A stretch of DNA of 53,686 nucleotides, taken from positions 1 through 53,686 of the IMG/VR virus record IMGVR_UViG_3300049825_000213. One strand, written 5' to 3'. The DNA comes from a virus (lineage: Duplodnaviria; Caudoviricetes). The translations under genes were made by a program, and so were the position numbers. Positions 1 through 8,475 of the stretch are shown here, one piece after another. The notes under the pieces were generated by a model that saw only the letters and a list, made by a program, of their open reading frames with translations, ran no database searches and had not been told where the DNA came from. The number at the start of each line of letters is the position of its first letter. The first letter of the stretch is position 1.

Positions 1-57
1 TGGCGTCGATGACTGTTGCGCGCACCTTGTGCTCGACATCGGCAATCAAAACCTCAA
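1..57 (+). repeat. Terminal overlap (circularisation repeat), copy 1
   Basis: TGGCGTCGATGACTG...CAAAACCTCAA is identical to 53504-53560. Confidence 0.95.
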
Positions 58-121
58 CGGCGCCGGGCTTGAAGACATCGGCCGGCACCAAAACGTCAAC
101 TTGGATCAGGTCGTTGCTCAT
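1..121 (-). CDS. N-terminus (MSNDLIQVDVLVPADVFKPGAVEVLIADVEHK...) of the coiled-coil protein that continues at 53503 down to 52566
   Basis: ATG at 121 reads in frame across the circular junction into ORF 52566..53552, giving about 352 aa. Confidence 0.8.
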   Translation of the reverse strand, partial: MSNDLIQVDVLVPADVFKPGAVEVLIADVEHKVRATVIDA

Positions 122-335
122 GCTGTATCCCTCTTTGTTTGATCTTTGCTTGCTCTTGGCGATCGACACACCACTTCGCTATTGTCGATCCGATTATTCC
201 ATGATTTTTGATTAGCGACGGCACGTTGATGCAGGCCTCGCTACTAAAAGTTTTGAAGTGCAGCCAAACACCATCTGTACCAACAGATATGGATATGTTG
301 CATTTAAGGATAGGGAGCTTTTTCGATTTTTTCAT
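96..335 (-). CDS. Hypothetical protein
   Basis: 79-aa ORF coupled to the ERF stop in the leftward operon. Confidence 0.55.
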   Translation of the reverse strand: MKKSKKLPILKCNISISVGTDGVWLHFKTFSSEACINVPSLIKNHGIIGSTIAKWCVDRQEQAKIKQRGIQHEQRPDPS

Positions 336-1036
336 ACTACAGCATCTTTCTTGATTGGTTGTGCTCCGGCTATCTTGTCGAGCGCAACCTGATAGCTGCG
401 GGACGGGAGTTCTGCGAGGTTATCAATGCTGAATACTTTGCACAATTGTTCCGGCGTGCGGCCCTTGTCGGCGAGCATCTTTGTCAGCTTTGCGGCCTGC
501 TCGTCTGTGATGAGTTCGCCAACCCCTGCCGCTTTACCGTCGTCATCATCGGATGCGGCAAGCCCGAGGGCCATCACGAGAGAATACCGTTGCAGATAGG
601 TGAGTGTCGATCCGATCGCCTGGATAGCATTCTTGTTCCCGGATACGTCGGCCGGCCCTTCGAGCGTCGTTTCTTCCGAGTGTCCCGCCCGATGCGACAG
701 TATGCATGTGACGATAATCTTTCCGTCCTGCTTCGCTCGAAAACGGTACGACAAACCGTGCTGCGTGATAATTGGATCAACAACTTTTGCGTAAGCCGAG
801 AAGTCGGCGTATTTCTTGCTGTTATGGCCGGTCTTGTTTCGCGCAGCCGGGCCAATCTTAGCTTTGGCATCGGCAACAGCCGCATCAAATGCTTTACGCG
901 CTTGCGTGGCCTCCCATCGCTCCTGCAGCGCCATCAATTGTCCGATGGTCTCGGTAGACATCCCACGCTCCAACGCGCTGGCGAGCAGTGTCATCGGATT
1001 GGTTACCGGGATAGGCATCGACGTGATTTCATTCAT
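332..1036 (-). CDS. erf: ERF-family single-strand annealing protein
   Basis: Motifs KYADF, GLSY and NAIQAIGSTLTYLQRYSLVMALGLAASDDDDG are typical of ERF. Confidence 0.9.
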   Translation of the reverse strand: MNEITSMPIPVTNPMTLLASALERGMSTETIGQLMALQERWEATQARKAFDAAVADAKAKIGPAARNKTGHNSKKYADFSAYAKVVDPIITQHGLSYRFRAKQDGKIIVTCILSHRAGHSEETTLEGPADVSGNKNAIQAIGSTLTYLQRYSLVMALGLAASDDDDGKAAGVGELITDEQAAKLTKMLADKGRTPEQLCKVFSIDNLAELPSRSYQVALDKIAGAQPIKKDAVV

Positions 1037-1194
1037 TTCTGAACTCCAAATTGAGTTGCTTCACTATCCAGGAGCGTGTCAATCTCATGAACTGCGCACC
1101 CGATGGCGCGCAGACAGATGACGGCCAGATGTCTGGATATCCAGCCATCCTTATATTGCTCGATGATATACGATTTGCGTCTCATCGTGTTCAT
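1033..1194 (-). CDS. Small hypothetical protein (MNTMRRKSY...)
   Basis: ATG at 1194 with GGAGGT-like RBS context; stop overlaps the erf start. Confidence 0.5.
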   Translation of the reverse strand: MNTMRRKSYIIEQYKDGWISRHLAVICLRAIGCAVHEIDTLLDSEATQFGVQK

Positions 1195-1273
1195 TTTGCC
1201 ACCTGTATTGCCAGCACTGCGATGAGCAGTGCTATCATGATGATTACGGCAGCGTATGCGATGATTTCGTGGG

Positions 1274-1501
1274 TCATAGCCGCCTCTCTTTCCTGATTTT
1301 GTCCCAGCTCTCCGCAGCGCGGTAATCGCGCTGGTAATCATCCTGCAGCCCGGCCTGCGTTGCTGCAACCCATCGTGACCATATCTGGCCATCCGGCACA
1401 TACAGATGCGGATTGGCAGCCCTGACCTGACGGCTGTATTCGTCCTGTTCTGCCGCCGTCAGGGCGGCATGTTCTGCCTGCGATAGCGAGCGCTGGGACA
1501 T
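1274..1501 (-). CDS. Hypothetical protein
   Basis: 75-aa ORF coupled (TAATG) to the upstream gene. Confidence 0.6.
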   Translation of the reverse strand: MSQRSLSQAEHAALTAAEQDEYSRQVRAANPHLYVPDGQIWSRWVAATQAGLQDDYQRDYRAAESWDKIRKERRL

Positions 1502-1764
1502 TACGCGGCATCCTGCTCATCAACGACAACAGGCTCGCGCCCCTCGACCTCGTCAATGACGGCGTCGATGTTGGCCATGGCGGCGCCGACCTTGGCAAAG
1601 CTTTCGCGGATTTTGTATAGCTGATACAGCAACACCTCGGGCGAAACTTTTCCAGCCATGAAGTGGGCGGCATGGCCCGCACCGATCATTTCTGTGCAAT
1701 GGATTGATGCTGCAACAGATATGTTGCAGATGGTGTCGAGAGACTTTCGTGACAGGTCTTTCAT
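1501..1764 (-). CDS. Hypothetical protein
   Basis: 87-aa ORF with ATGA overlap with the pentapeptide gene. Confidence 0.6.
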   Translation of the reverse strand: MKDLSRKSLDTICNISVAASIHCTEMIGAGHAAHFMAGKVSPEVLLYQLYKIRESFAKVGAAMANIDAVIDEVEGREPVVVDEQDAA

Positions 1765-2441
1765 TTTTCGTTCCTTATTCTATGAAGCTCCATCAGATGA
1801 TGGACGATGGCTAACGACTCCTGGCCGAGGGGAGTCCCACCTCGCTTCTTATTCCAGTATTCGATGGCTGCAGATACCGTGAAATACCTGCAGCCGGCGC
1901 GGATCATGGGCTCGGTGTCGCCGGTTAATTTCATCAGCAGAAATTGATATCCGTCAGACCTTATTGGCCCTTGGATAACCCATTGGGTTCCGAGATAGGC
2001 GCGGGAGAGATTGGCGCCGGTGAGATCGGCGCCGGTGAGATCGGCGCGGGAGAGATTGGCGCCGGAGAGATCGGCGCGGGAGAGATCGGCGCCGGTGAGA
2101 TCGGCGCGGGTGAGATCGGCGGCGGTGAAATAGGCGCGGGTGAGTTTTGCGTCGGTGAGTTTTGCGTCGGTGAGATAGGCGCCGTAGAGATTGGCGCTGG
2201 AGAGATCGGCGCTGGAGAAATCGGCGCGGGTGAGATCGGCGCGGGAGAGATTGGCGCCAGAGAGATAGGCGCGGGAGAGATTGGCGCCAGAGAGATCGGC
2301 GCCAGAGAGATTGGCGCCCGCGCCAATTGCAGATTTGACGGCCAGCCTAAGTCTTACTGAGGCTACAGTATCGTCAGTACAGTCGATTTCCGCTGTCAGC
2401 TGCACATTGCCCGACAGTCTATTTTTGATCTCAAATTTCAT
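1761..2441 (-). CDS. Pentapeptide-repeat protein 1 (about 22 repeats)
   Basis: A(D/N/Y)L(S/T)(G/R/S) repeats between a 42-aa N-cap and a C-terminal domain (RSDGYQF...IRAGCRYFT). Confidence 0.92.
   Translation of the reverse strand: MKFEIKNRLSGNVQLTAEIDCTDDTVASVRLRLAVKSAIGAGANLSGADLSGANLSRAYLSGANLSRADLTRADFSSADLSSANLYGAYLTDAKLTDAKLTRAYFTAADLTRADLTGADLSRADLSGANLSRADLTGADLTGANLSRAYLGTQWVIQGPIRSDGYQFLLMKLTGDTEPMIRAGCRYFTVSAAIEYWNKKRGGTPLGQESLAIVHHLMELHRIRNEK
1840..1991. repeat. 152-bp exact direct repeat shared by the two pentapeptide genes (other copy 2617-2768)
   Basis: Identical base for base by eye; flanks carry synonymous and non-synonymous differences. Confidence 0.9.
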
Positions 2442-2447
2442 TTTGCC

Positions 2448-2486
2448 CTCTCCCGTTGCTGTCTCAGTATGTGTATAATAACTGAG
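2448..2486 (-). promoter_or_regulatory. 39-bp -10 box/inverted repeat/RBS leader element, copy 1
   Basis: 36/39 identical to 12383-12421; contains TATTAT, CTCAGT...ACTGAG arms and a GGGAGAG RBS. Confidence 0.75.
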
Positions 2487-2531
2487 TATTCCCGTTTTTG
2501 CCCCTGATCCCCGGGGCCGGGTCGGTCGGAG

Positions 2532-3338
2532 CTAATCGATAGGGCGCACCCGAATGCGCTGGAGTTCCACGAGGTGGTTGATGATTGCTATTGACTCCTC
2601 ACCTAGCTGAGTTCCGCCTCGCTTCTTATTCCAGTATTCGATGGCTGCAGATACCGTGAAATACCTGCAGCCGGCGCGGATCATGGGCTCGGTGTCGCCG
2701 GTTAATTTCATCAGCAGAAATTGATATCCGTCAGACCTTATTGGCCCTTGGATAACCCATTGGGTTCCAAGATCGGCGCGGGAGAGATCGGCGCGGGAGA
2801 GATTGGCGCTGGAGAGATCGGCGCTGGAGAGATCGGCGCCGTAGAGATAGGCGCTGGAGAGATCGGCGCTGGAGAGATTGGCGCCAGAGAGATCGGCGCG
2901 GGAGAGATCGGCGCCGTAGAGATCGGCGCCAGAGAGATCGGCGCGGGAGAGATCGGCGCGGGAGAGATCGGCGCGGGAGAGATTGGCGCTGGAGAGATTG
3001 GCGCCAGAGAGATTGGCGCCAGAGAGATCGGCGCTGGAGAAATCGGCGCGGGAGAGATCGGCGCTGGAGAGATCGGCGCCGTAGAGATAGGCGCCGTAGA
3101 GATTGGCGCCAGAGAGATAGGCGCCAGAGAGATTGGCGCCAGAGAGATCGGCGCTGGAGAGATAGGCGCCAGAGAGATCGGCGCCAGAGAGATCGGCGCC
3201 AGAGAGATCGGCGCCCGCGCCAATCGCCCATTTGACGGCCAGCCCAAGCTTTACTGAGGCGGCAGTATCATCAGCACAATCAACTTCGGCTGTCATCTGC
3301 ACATTGCCCGACAGTCTATTTCTTATGTCTATTTTCAT
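2532..3338 (-). CDS. Pentapeptide-repeat protein 2 (about 30 repeats)
   Basis: Paralogue of 1761..2441 with the same caps; 15-bp tandem units at about 2770-3213. Confidence 0.92.
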   Translation of the reverse strand: MKIDIRNRLSGNVQMTAEVDCADDTAASVKLGLAVKWAIGAGADLSGADLSGADLSGAYLSSADLSGANLSGAYLSGANLYGAYLYGADLSSADLSRADFSSADLSGANLSGANLSSANLSRADLSRADLSRADLSGADLYGADLSRADLSGANLSSADLSSAYLYGADLSSADLSSANLSRADLSRADLGTQWVIQGPIRSDGYQFLLMKLTGDTEPMIRAGCRYFTVSAAIEYWNKKRGGTQLGEESIAIINHLVELQRIRVRPID

Positions 3339-3441
3339 CTTTATTTTGTCCTCGTATGATAATCATGATCATGATTATTGTTATCCCGACCAAGCATGCT
3401 GCCTGGATGAGGTTCGAAACAATGATTAGTGTCTGCATCAT
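3316..3441 (-). CDS. Small membrane protein ([32 protein letters not shown]...)
   Basis: One hydrophobic helix; first ORF after the leftward promoter; contains a perfect 20-bp palindrome at 3359-3378. Confidence 0.4.
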   Translation of the reverse strand: MMQTLIIVSNLIQAACLVGITIIMIMIIIRGQNKDENRHKK

Positions 3442-3447
3442 TCGATA

Positions 3448-3535
3448 TTGACATTGTGTCAAAGCGCTGTCAACACAAAAAGTGACAGGATGGCAAAAAT
3501 AATTGTTGACACCGAATTGGCCGTATGCAAATAAG
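3448..3535. promoter_or_regulatory. Divergent early promoter region (PL/PR-like)
   Basis: Back-to-back TTGACA boxes (minus 3468-3473, plus 3506-3511); operator-like palindrome TTGACA-TTG-TGTCAA at 3448-3462; AT-rich. Confidence 0.65.
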
Positions 3536-3539
3536 GAAC

Positions 3540-3761
3540 ATGAACGAAAATCCTCTCTATAAATATCGTGTTGCTCAGGGTGTGAGCCAGACATGGCTGG
3601 CGTCATATCTGGGCGTGGCCAACTCTACAATCGCTCGCTGGGAGTCTGGCGAGCGCAAAATCAGCCCGGACAAAATCCAGGCTGTGGCCAGGCTGACCGG
3701 CATCCAGCCGCGTAAGCTGCGGCCTGATCTATATGGCGCCCTCGAAAGAGTGGCGCGATGA
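3540..3761 (+). CDS. Cro-like XRE helix-turn-helix regulator
   Basis: VSQTWLASYLGVANSTIARWESGERKI HTH and terminal LRPDLY motif; AAGGA RBS. Confidence 0.85.
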   Translation: MNENPLYKYRVAQGVSQTWLASYLGVANSTIARWESGERKISPDKIQAVARLTGIQPRKLRPDLYGALERVAR

Positions 3762-3891
3762 ATTCGGTAACGCCCAGGTGTGCCGCGGTCTAAACCCCGT
3801 GGTTGCTGAGTTACCGGAGGCGTCGAACGCCGGACATATGCTAGGCGTGACTTTCCAGGTGGGAGAGAAACCTGGGTATACAGGAGGACAA

Positions 3892-4434
3892 ATGCCACGC
3901 GTACAGATCGACGAAAAAATGATTAGGATTCCCCAGCGATGGGAAAGGATGGAGCGAAAAAAAAGATTGAACGCGCGGCCAATACCACTGCCATGGGAGC
4001 CAATTTTTATGCCCGAGGCGGTCGATGCCACCACAGAGGAGGCCACGGAGGTGGTCGATCATGAAAAAAAGAACCGGCCAAAATCATCCAAGGTCGTCGA
4101 CTCAGGCGCGACGTGCGATCTGCTTCTCGATGCTGTCCCATCTCTCTACTACATCAAGCGCGTAGTCGCGAAGGCGTATGGCGTCACGATGCTCGACATG
4201 GAGTCCGCGCGCCGCACAGCGAACATAGTCCGGCCCCGACAGATTGCGGGGTATTTGTGCGCCACAATGACACGTCGTTCGCTGCCTGCAATAGGCAGGG
4301 CATTCGGAAATCGCGACCACACCACCCAGTTGCATTCTAAACGAAAGATCGCCGCATTGCGCGCGGCTGATCCAGTATTTGATGCAGAAATAGAAACATT
4401 AAAAACCTCCATTCTGGAGACATTCAATGAATAA
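3892..4434 (+). CDS. Protein with DnaA C-terminal (domain IV) DNA-binding domain
   Basis: RRTANIVRPRQIAGYL...SLPAIGRAFGNRDHTTQLHS matches the DnaA domain IV signature; AGGAGG RBS before ATG 3892. Confidence 0.85.
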   Translation: MPRVQIDEKMIRIPQRWERMERKKRLNARPIPLPWEPIFMPEAVDATTEEATEVVDHEKKNRPKSSKVVDSGATCDLLLDAVPSLYYIKRVVAKAYGVTMLDMESARRTANIVRPRQIAGYLCATMTRRSLPAIGRAFGNRDHTTQLHSKRKIAALRAADPVFDAEIETLKTSILETFNE

Positions 4435-4485
4435 TAATTTGCCCAGCCGAATGCTATTACGGACGCTTCACGCTGGGTGCCCGGC

Positions 4486-4938
4486 ATGAACTGGGATTCC
4501 AAGAGCATGGAGATTGCCCGGTCATTGCGCAATAATGGGAAAACGATGGTCGATATCGGGCTCGTGCTCGGTGTCAGCCGTGGCGCTGTCGCCGGCATAA
4601 TAAGCCGGCATAAGGAATTCTTTGGCATTCATGTGCAGCCGGCGCGGCCCAAGAAGCCCAAGAAGCCCAAGAAGCCAAGGTTCGAGAGGGTCATTAATCT
4701 ATCGCAGCGGCCCAAGCCGAAGGATGTCAAAGTGCAGATACAGCCATCGCCGCCGGCAGTTGAACAATCTGTCACCGGCAAGTCGCTATTGGAGTTGGGC
4801 AACCATGACTGCCGCTGGGGCGTCGGCGAGGAGCCGGTGACCGGCCGGCACCTGTTTTGCGCCGCCTCAGTGGTGGACGGTAAGCCCTACTGCGGGCCTC
4901 ATTTGCGCATAGCATATCGCGAGATGAGGAAGTCATGA
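4486..4938 (+). CDS. gcrA: GcrA cell-cycle regulator homologue
   Basis: N-terminal W...IG..LGVSRGAVAGIISR and C-terminal SLLELGNHDCRWGVG...FCA...YCGPHLRIAY. Confidence 0.88.
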   Translation: MNWDSKSMEIARSLRNNGKTMVDIGLVLGVSRGAVAGIISRHKEFFGIHVQPARPKKPKKPKKPRFERVINLSQRPKPKDVKVQIQPSPPAVEQSVTGKSLLELGNHDCRWGVGEEPVTGRHLFCAASVVDGKPYCGPHLRIAYREMRKS

Positions 4939-5495
4939 AGCCGAAGCTTTCCCACATTTTCGAGCGGGAAACGCACGAACATTATGTGGAACCTTTTTGG
5001 TGCAGTGAGAGACTGTTCCAAGTTGAGAAGTTCGACGGTCCAGTATGGGACCCATGCTGTGGTTTTGGACGTATTCCAGACGCTGCCAGGTTGGCAGGCT
5101 ACACCCCATTTTATTCTGACATCAAAGATCGCGGCTATGATCCCTCGGGAACATGTCCGTGGGGGGATTTTTTTGAATGTACCGAACCAACCGATAACAT
5201 CGTCAGCAACCCACCGTTTGATAAATTTAGCGAATTTGCGAACCACGCGCTCAAGCTCGCCACGCGCAAGGTGGCAATGCTCTGGATCGTCCCGCGCCTG
5301 AATGCCGCGCGCTGGCTCCAGGACACGCCGTTGGCGCGCGTTTGGCTTCTGACCCCTCGACCATCCATGCCGCCCGGGCACGTCATCAGCGCCGGCGGCA
5401 AGGCGACTGGTGGTACACAGGATTTTTGTTGGTTGGTCTGGGACAAATCGCATAGCGGCCAGCCCGAGATGAGGTGGCTGCGGAGAGAGAAATGA
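4935..5495 (+). CDS. Small N6-adenine DNA methyltransferase-like protein
   Basis: WDPCCGFG (SAM binding) and IVSNPPF (catalytic) motifs. Confidence 0.8.
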   Translation: MKPKLSHIFERETHEHYVEPFWCSERLFQVEKFDGPVWDPCCGFGRIPDAARLAGYTPFYSDIKDRGYDPSGTCPWGDFFECTEPTDNIVSNPPFDKFSEFANHALKLATRKVAMLWIVPRLNAARWLQDTPLARVWLLTPRPSMPPGHVISAGGKATGGTQDFCWLVWDKSHSGQPEMRWLRREK

Positions 5496-6466
5496 CATCA
5501 CCACGGCGCCCAGCACTGCGCTGGCATGGCGGAAAATGGCGACTGGCCCCATGGATCATCAGCCACTTTCCGTCTCACCGCATCTATGTCGAGCCGTTCG
5601 GTGGGGCTGCGAGTATTTTGCTTCGCAAAACGCGCAGCTATGCCGAGATTTACAACGACCTCGACAATGAGGCGGTCAACCTATTCCGAGTGTTGCGTGA
5701 CCCTGTTGCCGCATCGAAACTGCTGAATCTGTTATATTTAACGCCATTCTCGCGCGTCGAATTTGTCGCTGCGGCCGAACCGTCTGACGATCCGATTGAG
5801 CAAGCACGACGATTGATCGTTAGGTCCTTCATGGGATTTGGCTCTAATTCATCATCTCGCTCAGTATTAGCCAATTACGCGGCGACCGGGTTTCGCGCGA
5901 ATTCGAACCGTTCCGGTACCATACCGGCACACGATTGGAAAAATTATCCAGATGCTCTGCCGTCCATAATTGATCGTCTGCGAGGTGTGGTGATTGAGAG
6001 TCGAGATGCATGGGAGGTCATGACCGCACACGATGGCCTGACCACGCTGCATTATGTCGATCCGCCCTATTTGCCGGAAACCCGCGGGCAAACGGCCATG
6101 GGCACGACAAAACATCAATACCGTTACGAAATGACCACGGAATCGCACATCAAATTACTCAACCGCCTAATGACATTAAAGGGAATGGTGATTTTGTCAG
6201 GATACCCGAGCCCAATTTATGATTCGCTGTTATCTGATTGGCGCAGGGTAGAGATTTTGGCCCTAGCAGACGGTGCTAGGCCGCGCACCGAATGCCTATG
6301 GCTCAATAAAAAATGTGCATCCGCCTTAGATGGCGAGTGGTGGAAAACCGAAACAGCCTATGACGCACAAGCCGATTTGGGGGGCTCGATCGATCTCGGG
6401 CTCAAGACCATCCGCCTTAGAGCAGTAGCCGGAGGGGAACCATGGGAGAGGAAAGCACATGACTAA
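5492..6466 (+). CDS. Dam/D12-class DNA adenine methyltransferase
   Basis: LRWHGGKW, YVEPFGGAA, EIYNDLD and HYVDPPY motifs. Confidence 0.9.
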   Translation: MTSPRRPALRWHGGKWRLAPWIISHFPSHRIYVEPFGGAASILLRKTRSYAEIYNDLDNEAVNLFRVLRDPVAASKLLNLLYLTPFSRVEFVAAAEPSDDPIEQARRLIVRSFMGFGSNSSSRSVLANYAATGFRANSNRSGTIPAHDWKNYPDALPSIIDRLRGVVIESRDAWEVMTAHDGLTTLHYVDPPYLPETRGQTAMGTTKHQYRYEMTTESHIKLLNRLMTLKGMVILSGYPSPIYDSLLSDWRRVEILALADGARPRTECLWLNKKCASALDGEWWKTETAYDAQADLGGSIDLGLKTIRLRAVAGGEPWERKAHD

Positions 6467-6626
6467 GGAAGAGATCGCAGAGGCAGAAAATACATCCGCC
6501 GCCAGGCTCGCCGCACTGTTCAGCGCTTGCCCGACTGCTAGCGATGGCGTGCATTGCTGGAACTTCACAAAACGCGAGTGTAAATATTGCGGGGCACCAT
6601 TTCCGTATCCGAACGACGACTCATGA
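6459..6626 (+). CDS. Small Cys-rich hypothetical protein
   Basis: Hand-translated 55-aa ORF MTKEEIAEAE...CKYCGAPF, coupled to the MTase. Confidence 0.45.
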   Translation: MTKEEIAEAENTSAARLAALFSACPTASDGVHCWNFTKRECKYCGAPFPYPNDDS

Positions 6627-6687
6627 AAACATGCGGCTGGCGGGCCTGGATGGGAGAGAAACAGCAAATGACACAACAGGATAAACA

Positions 6688-6810
6688 AGATGCACGCCTG
6701 AATTTGTCGCTCAATGTGCGATGTGGATCGACGGAGAATACGATCCAGGAGAGCGGCTACCAACGCCATGCGAACATGCATGGGAAAAGGCTGTGCTCGA
6801 CGACACCTAA
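6688..6810 (+). pseudogene. Start-less remnant paralogous to 48453..48716
   Basis: RCTPEFVAQCAMWIDGEYDPGERLPTPCEHAWEKAVLD versus KCTPEFVASCAAWVDGEYDPGERRPRTCEHVWKKAVLD; in-frame TAA at 6682. Confidence 0.65.
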
Positions 6811-6997
6811 CATGGAGGGCTCATATGAGCAATATTATCGTCATAAAACGCCAGCCACGTCCACTTAGAGTGCGACAGACAACGATGATGGCTGCAACTC
6901 ATATGCCAAGCATGACGCGCACCAAATCGCACATGGTCTAAACCTCTTGGTGCAATATGGAAAAGAAAATCCACCCATTACGAAAAAGTGACAACAG

Positions 6998-7177
6998 ATG
7001 ACAAAAAGATCAGACTTTAATGCCGGCGACCATGTCAATCACCAGACGATGGGCCATGGCGTAGTGTCATCAGTCGGCCCGGAATATACGATGATAAAGT
7101 TCGAAAAGTGGAATCTCCCCGGTGAGTATGACGATCGATGGTTTCAGCTCTACCCATATCACATCACGAAAAAGTGA
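6998..7177 (+). CDS. Small Tudor/SH3-like protein
   Basis: Hand-translated 59 aa, FNAGDHVNHQTMGHGVVSSV pattern. Confidence 0.55.
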   Translation: MTKRSDFNAGDHVNHQTMGHGVVSSVGPEYTMIKFEKWNLPGEYDDRWFQLYPYHITKK

Positions 7178-7181
7178 TCAC

Positions 7182-7610
7182 ATGAAAACCATCCGTCTCC
7201 CTATCCCACCAAGCATCAACAGCGCTTATAGAAACCGCACAGGGGGCAAGGGCAAGGGGCGCCTGTACGCGCAGGCCACTCGGACATGGCTGGCTGCCGC
7301 CGACGCATATACGCTCGCCGCCGGGGCGAATAGGGGCAAGCCGGCAGGACAGGCCACGTGGATTGTCGGCCGGTGGGCGTTAACGATTCGTCTGCCTCAT
7401 GATTTCCAGTACGATATTACCAATCGCATTAAGCTGATCGAAGACGGGCTGGTCAGCCGAGAATTTGTCGAGGACGATAAAAAAAACGACGACTGCCGCA
7501 TCCTGCGCGATCCAGGATTGGGGTTGGTAAATTTCTGCGAGGTCGATATCTATGGTCCGGAGGACGAGTTTGGGGTAGGCGAGCCCTGGATACAGGAAGG
7601 CAAACCATGA
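7182..7610 (+). CDS. rusA: RusA-like Holliday junction resolvase
   Basis: LPIPPSINSAYR N-terminus and DITNRIKLIEDGL...VEDD acidic motif. Confidence 0.75.
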   Translation: MKTIRLPIPPSINSAYRNRTGGKGKGRLYAQATRTWLAAADAYTLAAGANRGKPAGQATWIVGRWALTIRLPHDFQYDITNRIKLIEDGLVSREFVEDDKKNDDCRILRDPGLGLVNFCEVDIYGPEDEFGVGEPWIQEGKP

Positions 7611-7936
7611 ACTGCCCTAAATGTGGCACGGAGTGCCACCGAGATGAAGTCGATGTTGGTGTTGGGATTATTCACGGTCCCTACGGCTGCCCTGGATGTT
7701 GCTGGTCTGCAGACGAGAAATACGATTTTTCTGATGGTCGAAGCCGGATGGACAAAAATGGCGGCGTCAGAGATCAATATGGAGGATACCACCCTGCCGG
7801 GTCAGCAGGAGCTGATGCCTACAAAATCGCAGCGGACGTAGAGCTAAATTGGCACCCCGGCAGGACTGGCAATAAAAGAATGGGTGCAAAAAATGGCGTC
7901 CGCTGGGTCCAGCCTCGCTCATCCAAAAGGGCCTGA
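7607..7936 (+). CDS. Zinc-ribbon hypothetical protein
   Basis: CPKC...DEVDVGVG...GPYGCPGC. Confidence 0.6.
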   Translation: MNCPKCGTECHRDEVDVGVGIIHGPYGCPGCCWSADEKYDFSDGRSRMDKNGGVRDQYGGYHPAGSAGADAYKIAADVELNWHPGRTGNKRMGAKNGVRWVQPRSSKRA

Positions 7937-8236
7937 ATAAATTGGCAGGGCGAGCGAAATGTCTTGGCTTCTAAGGTCATAGGCTCAGTATACCAGATTT
8001 GCGTAAATCTGCAAACTGACCTATAATGCTTGACTAAAATTCATTTCGGTCCATGGGGTTGAATACCAAGTTGAGCGGGAACGAATTAGCGAAGGCTATC
8101 TGGTCCGCAAGCTGGTCCGGTATGGTGAGTCGGAAACCGTGTTCGGGTTTGTGTCCCCTGGGGCAGCCGATGATTGGATTGCGGCAGATCGCGCCACCCG
8201 CCGGCCGGGGCGGAGGAGGATAAAGGAAAAATCAAA

Positions 8237-8443
8237 ATGACCCACTACCAAAAAATGCTATGGATTGACCACCCGAGCCAGGGTTCCCCCGTCAGTATCT
8301 GGCGGTGGTTAAAATACCACATCGGCACATGGATGGTGAGACATGGGAGCCGATTGGAGGATCACGCCCTCTACCCGGACAGGTGCCCGGAATGCGGGGC
8401 AGCAATGCCGCGAGCCGGAAAATGCGATCACATCCCGTTTTGA
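8237..8443 (+). CDS. Hypothetical protein with C-terminal CxxC
   Basis: ATG after AAGGA; ends CPECG...IPF. Confidence 0.5.
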   Translation: MTHYQKMLWIDHPSQGSPVSIWRWLKYHIGTWMVRHGSRLEDHALYPDRCPECGAAMPRAGKCDHIPF

Positions 8444-8450
8444 GGCAAAA

Positions 8451-8475
8451 AACCCCTTATACCCCGTAAGGGGTT
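8451..8475. terminator. Hairpin, probable intrinsic terminator
   Basis: AACCCCTTA-7nt-TAAGGGGTT with an A-run on the left. Confidence 0.5.

Noticed and set aside
1944-3257. ORFs with EIGAG, APISP and RRSLW repeats; possible CRISPR-like array
   Set aside because: They are alternative frames of the 15-bp pentapeptide units. The units abut with no unique spacers and there are no cas genes.
3733-3891. N-terminal extension of the DnaA_C ORF
   Set aside because: It overlaps the Cro-like gene, and a strong AGGAGG precedes ATG 3892.
7937-8236. Possible gene or ncRNA in the gap
   Set aside because: A protein-like frame (VHGVEYQVERE...) has no usable start codon and I found no convincing structure; left uncalled.
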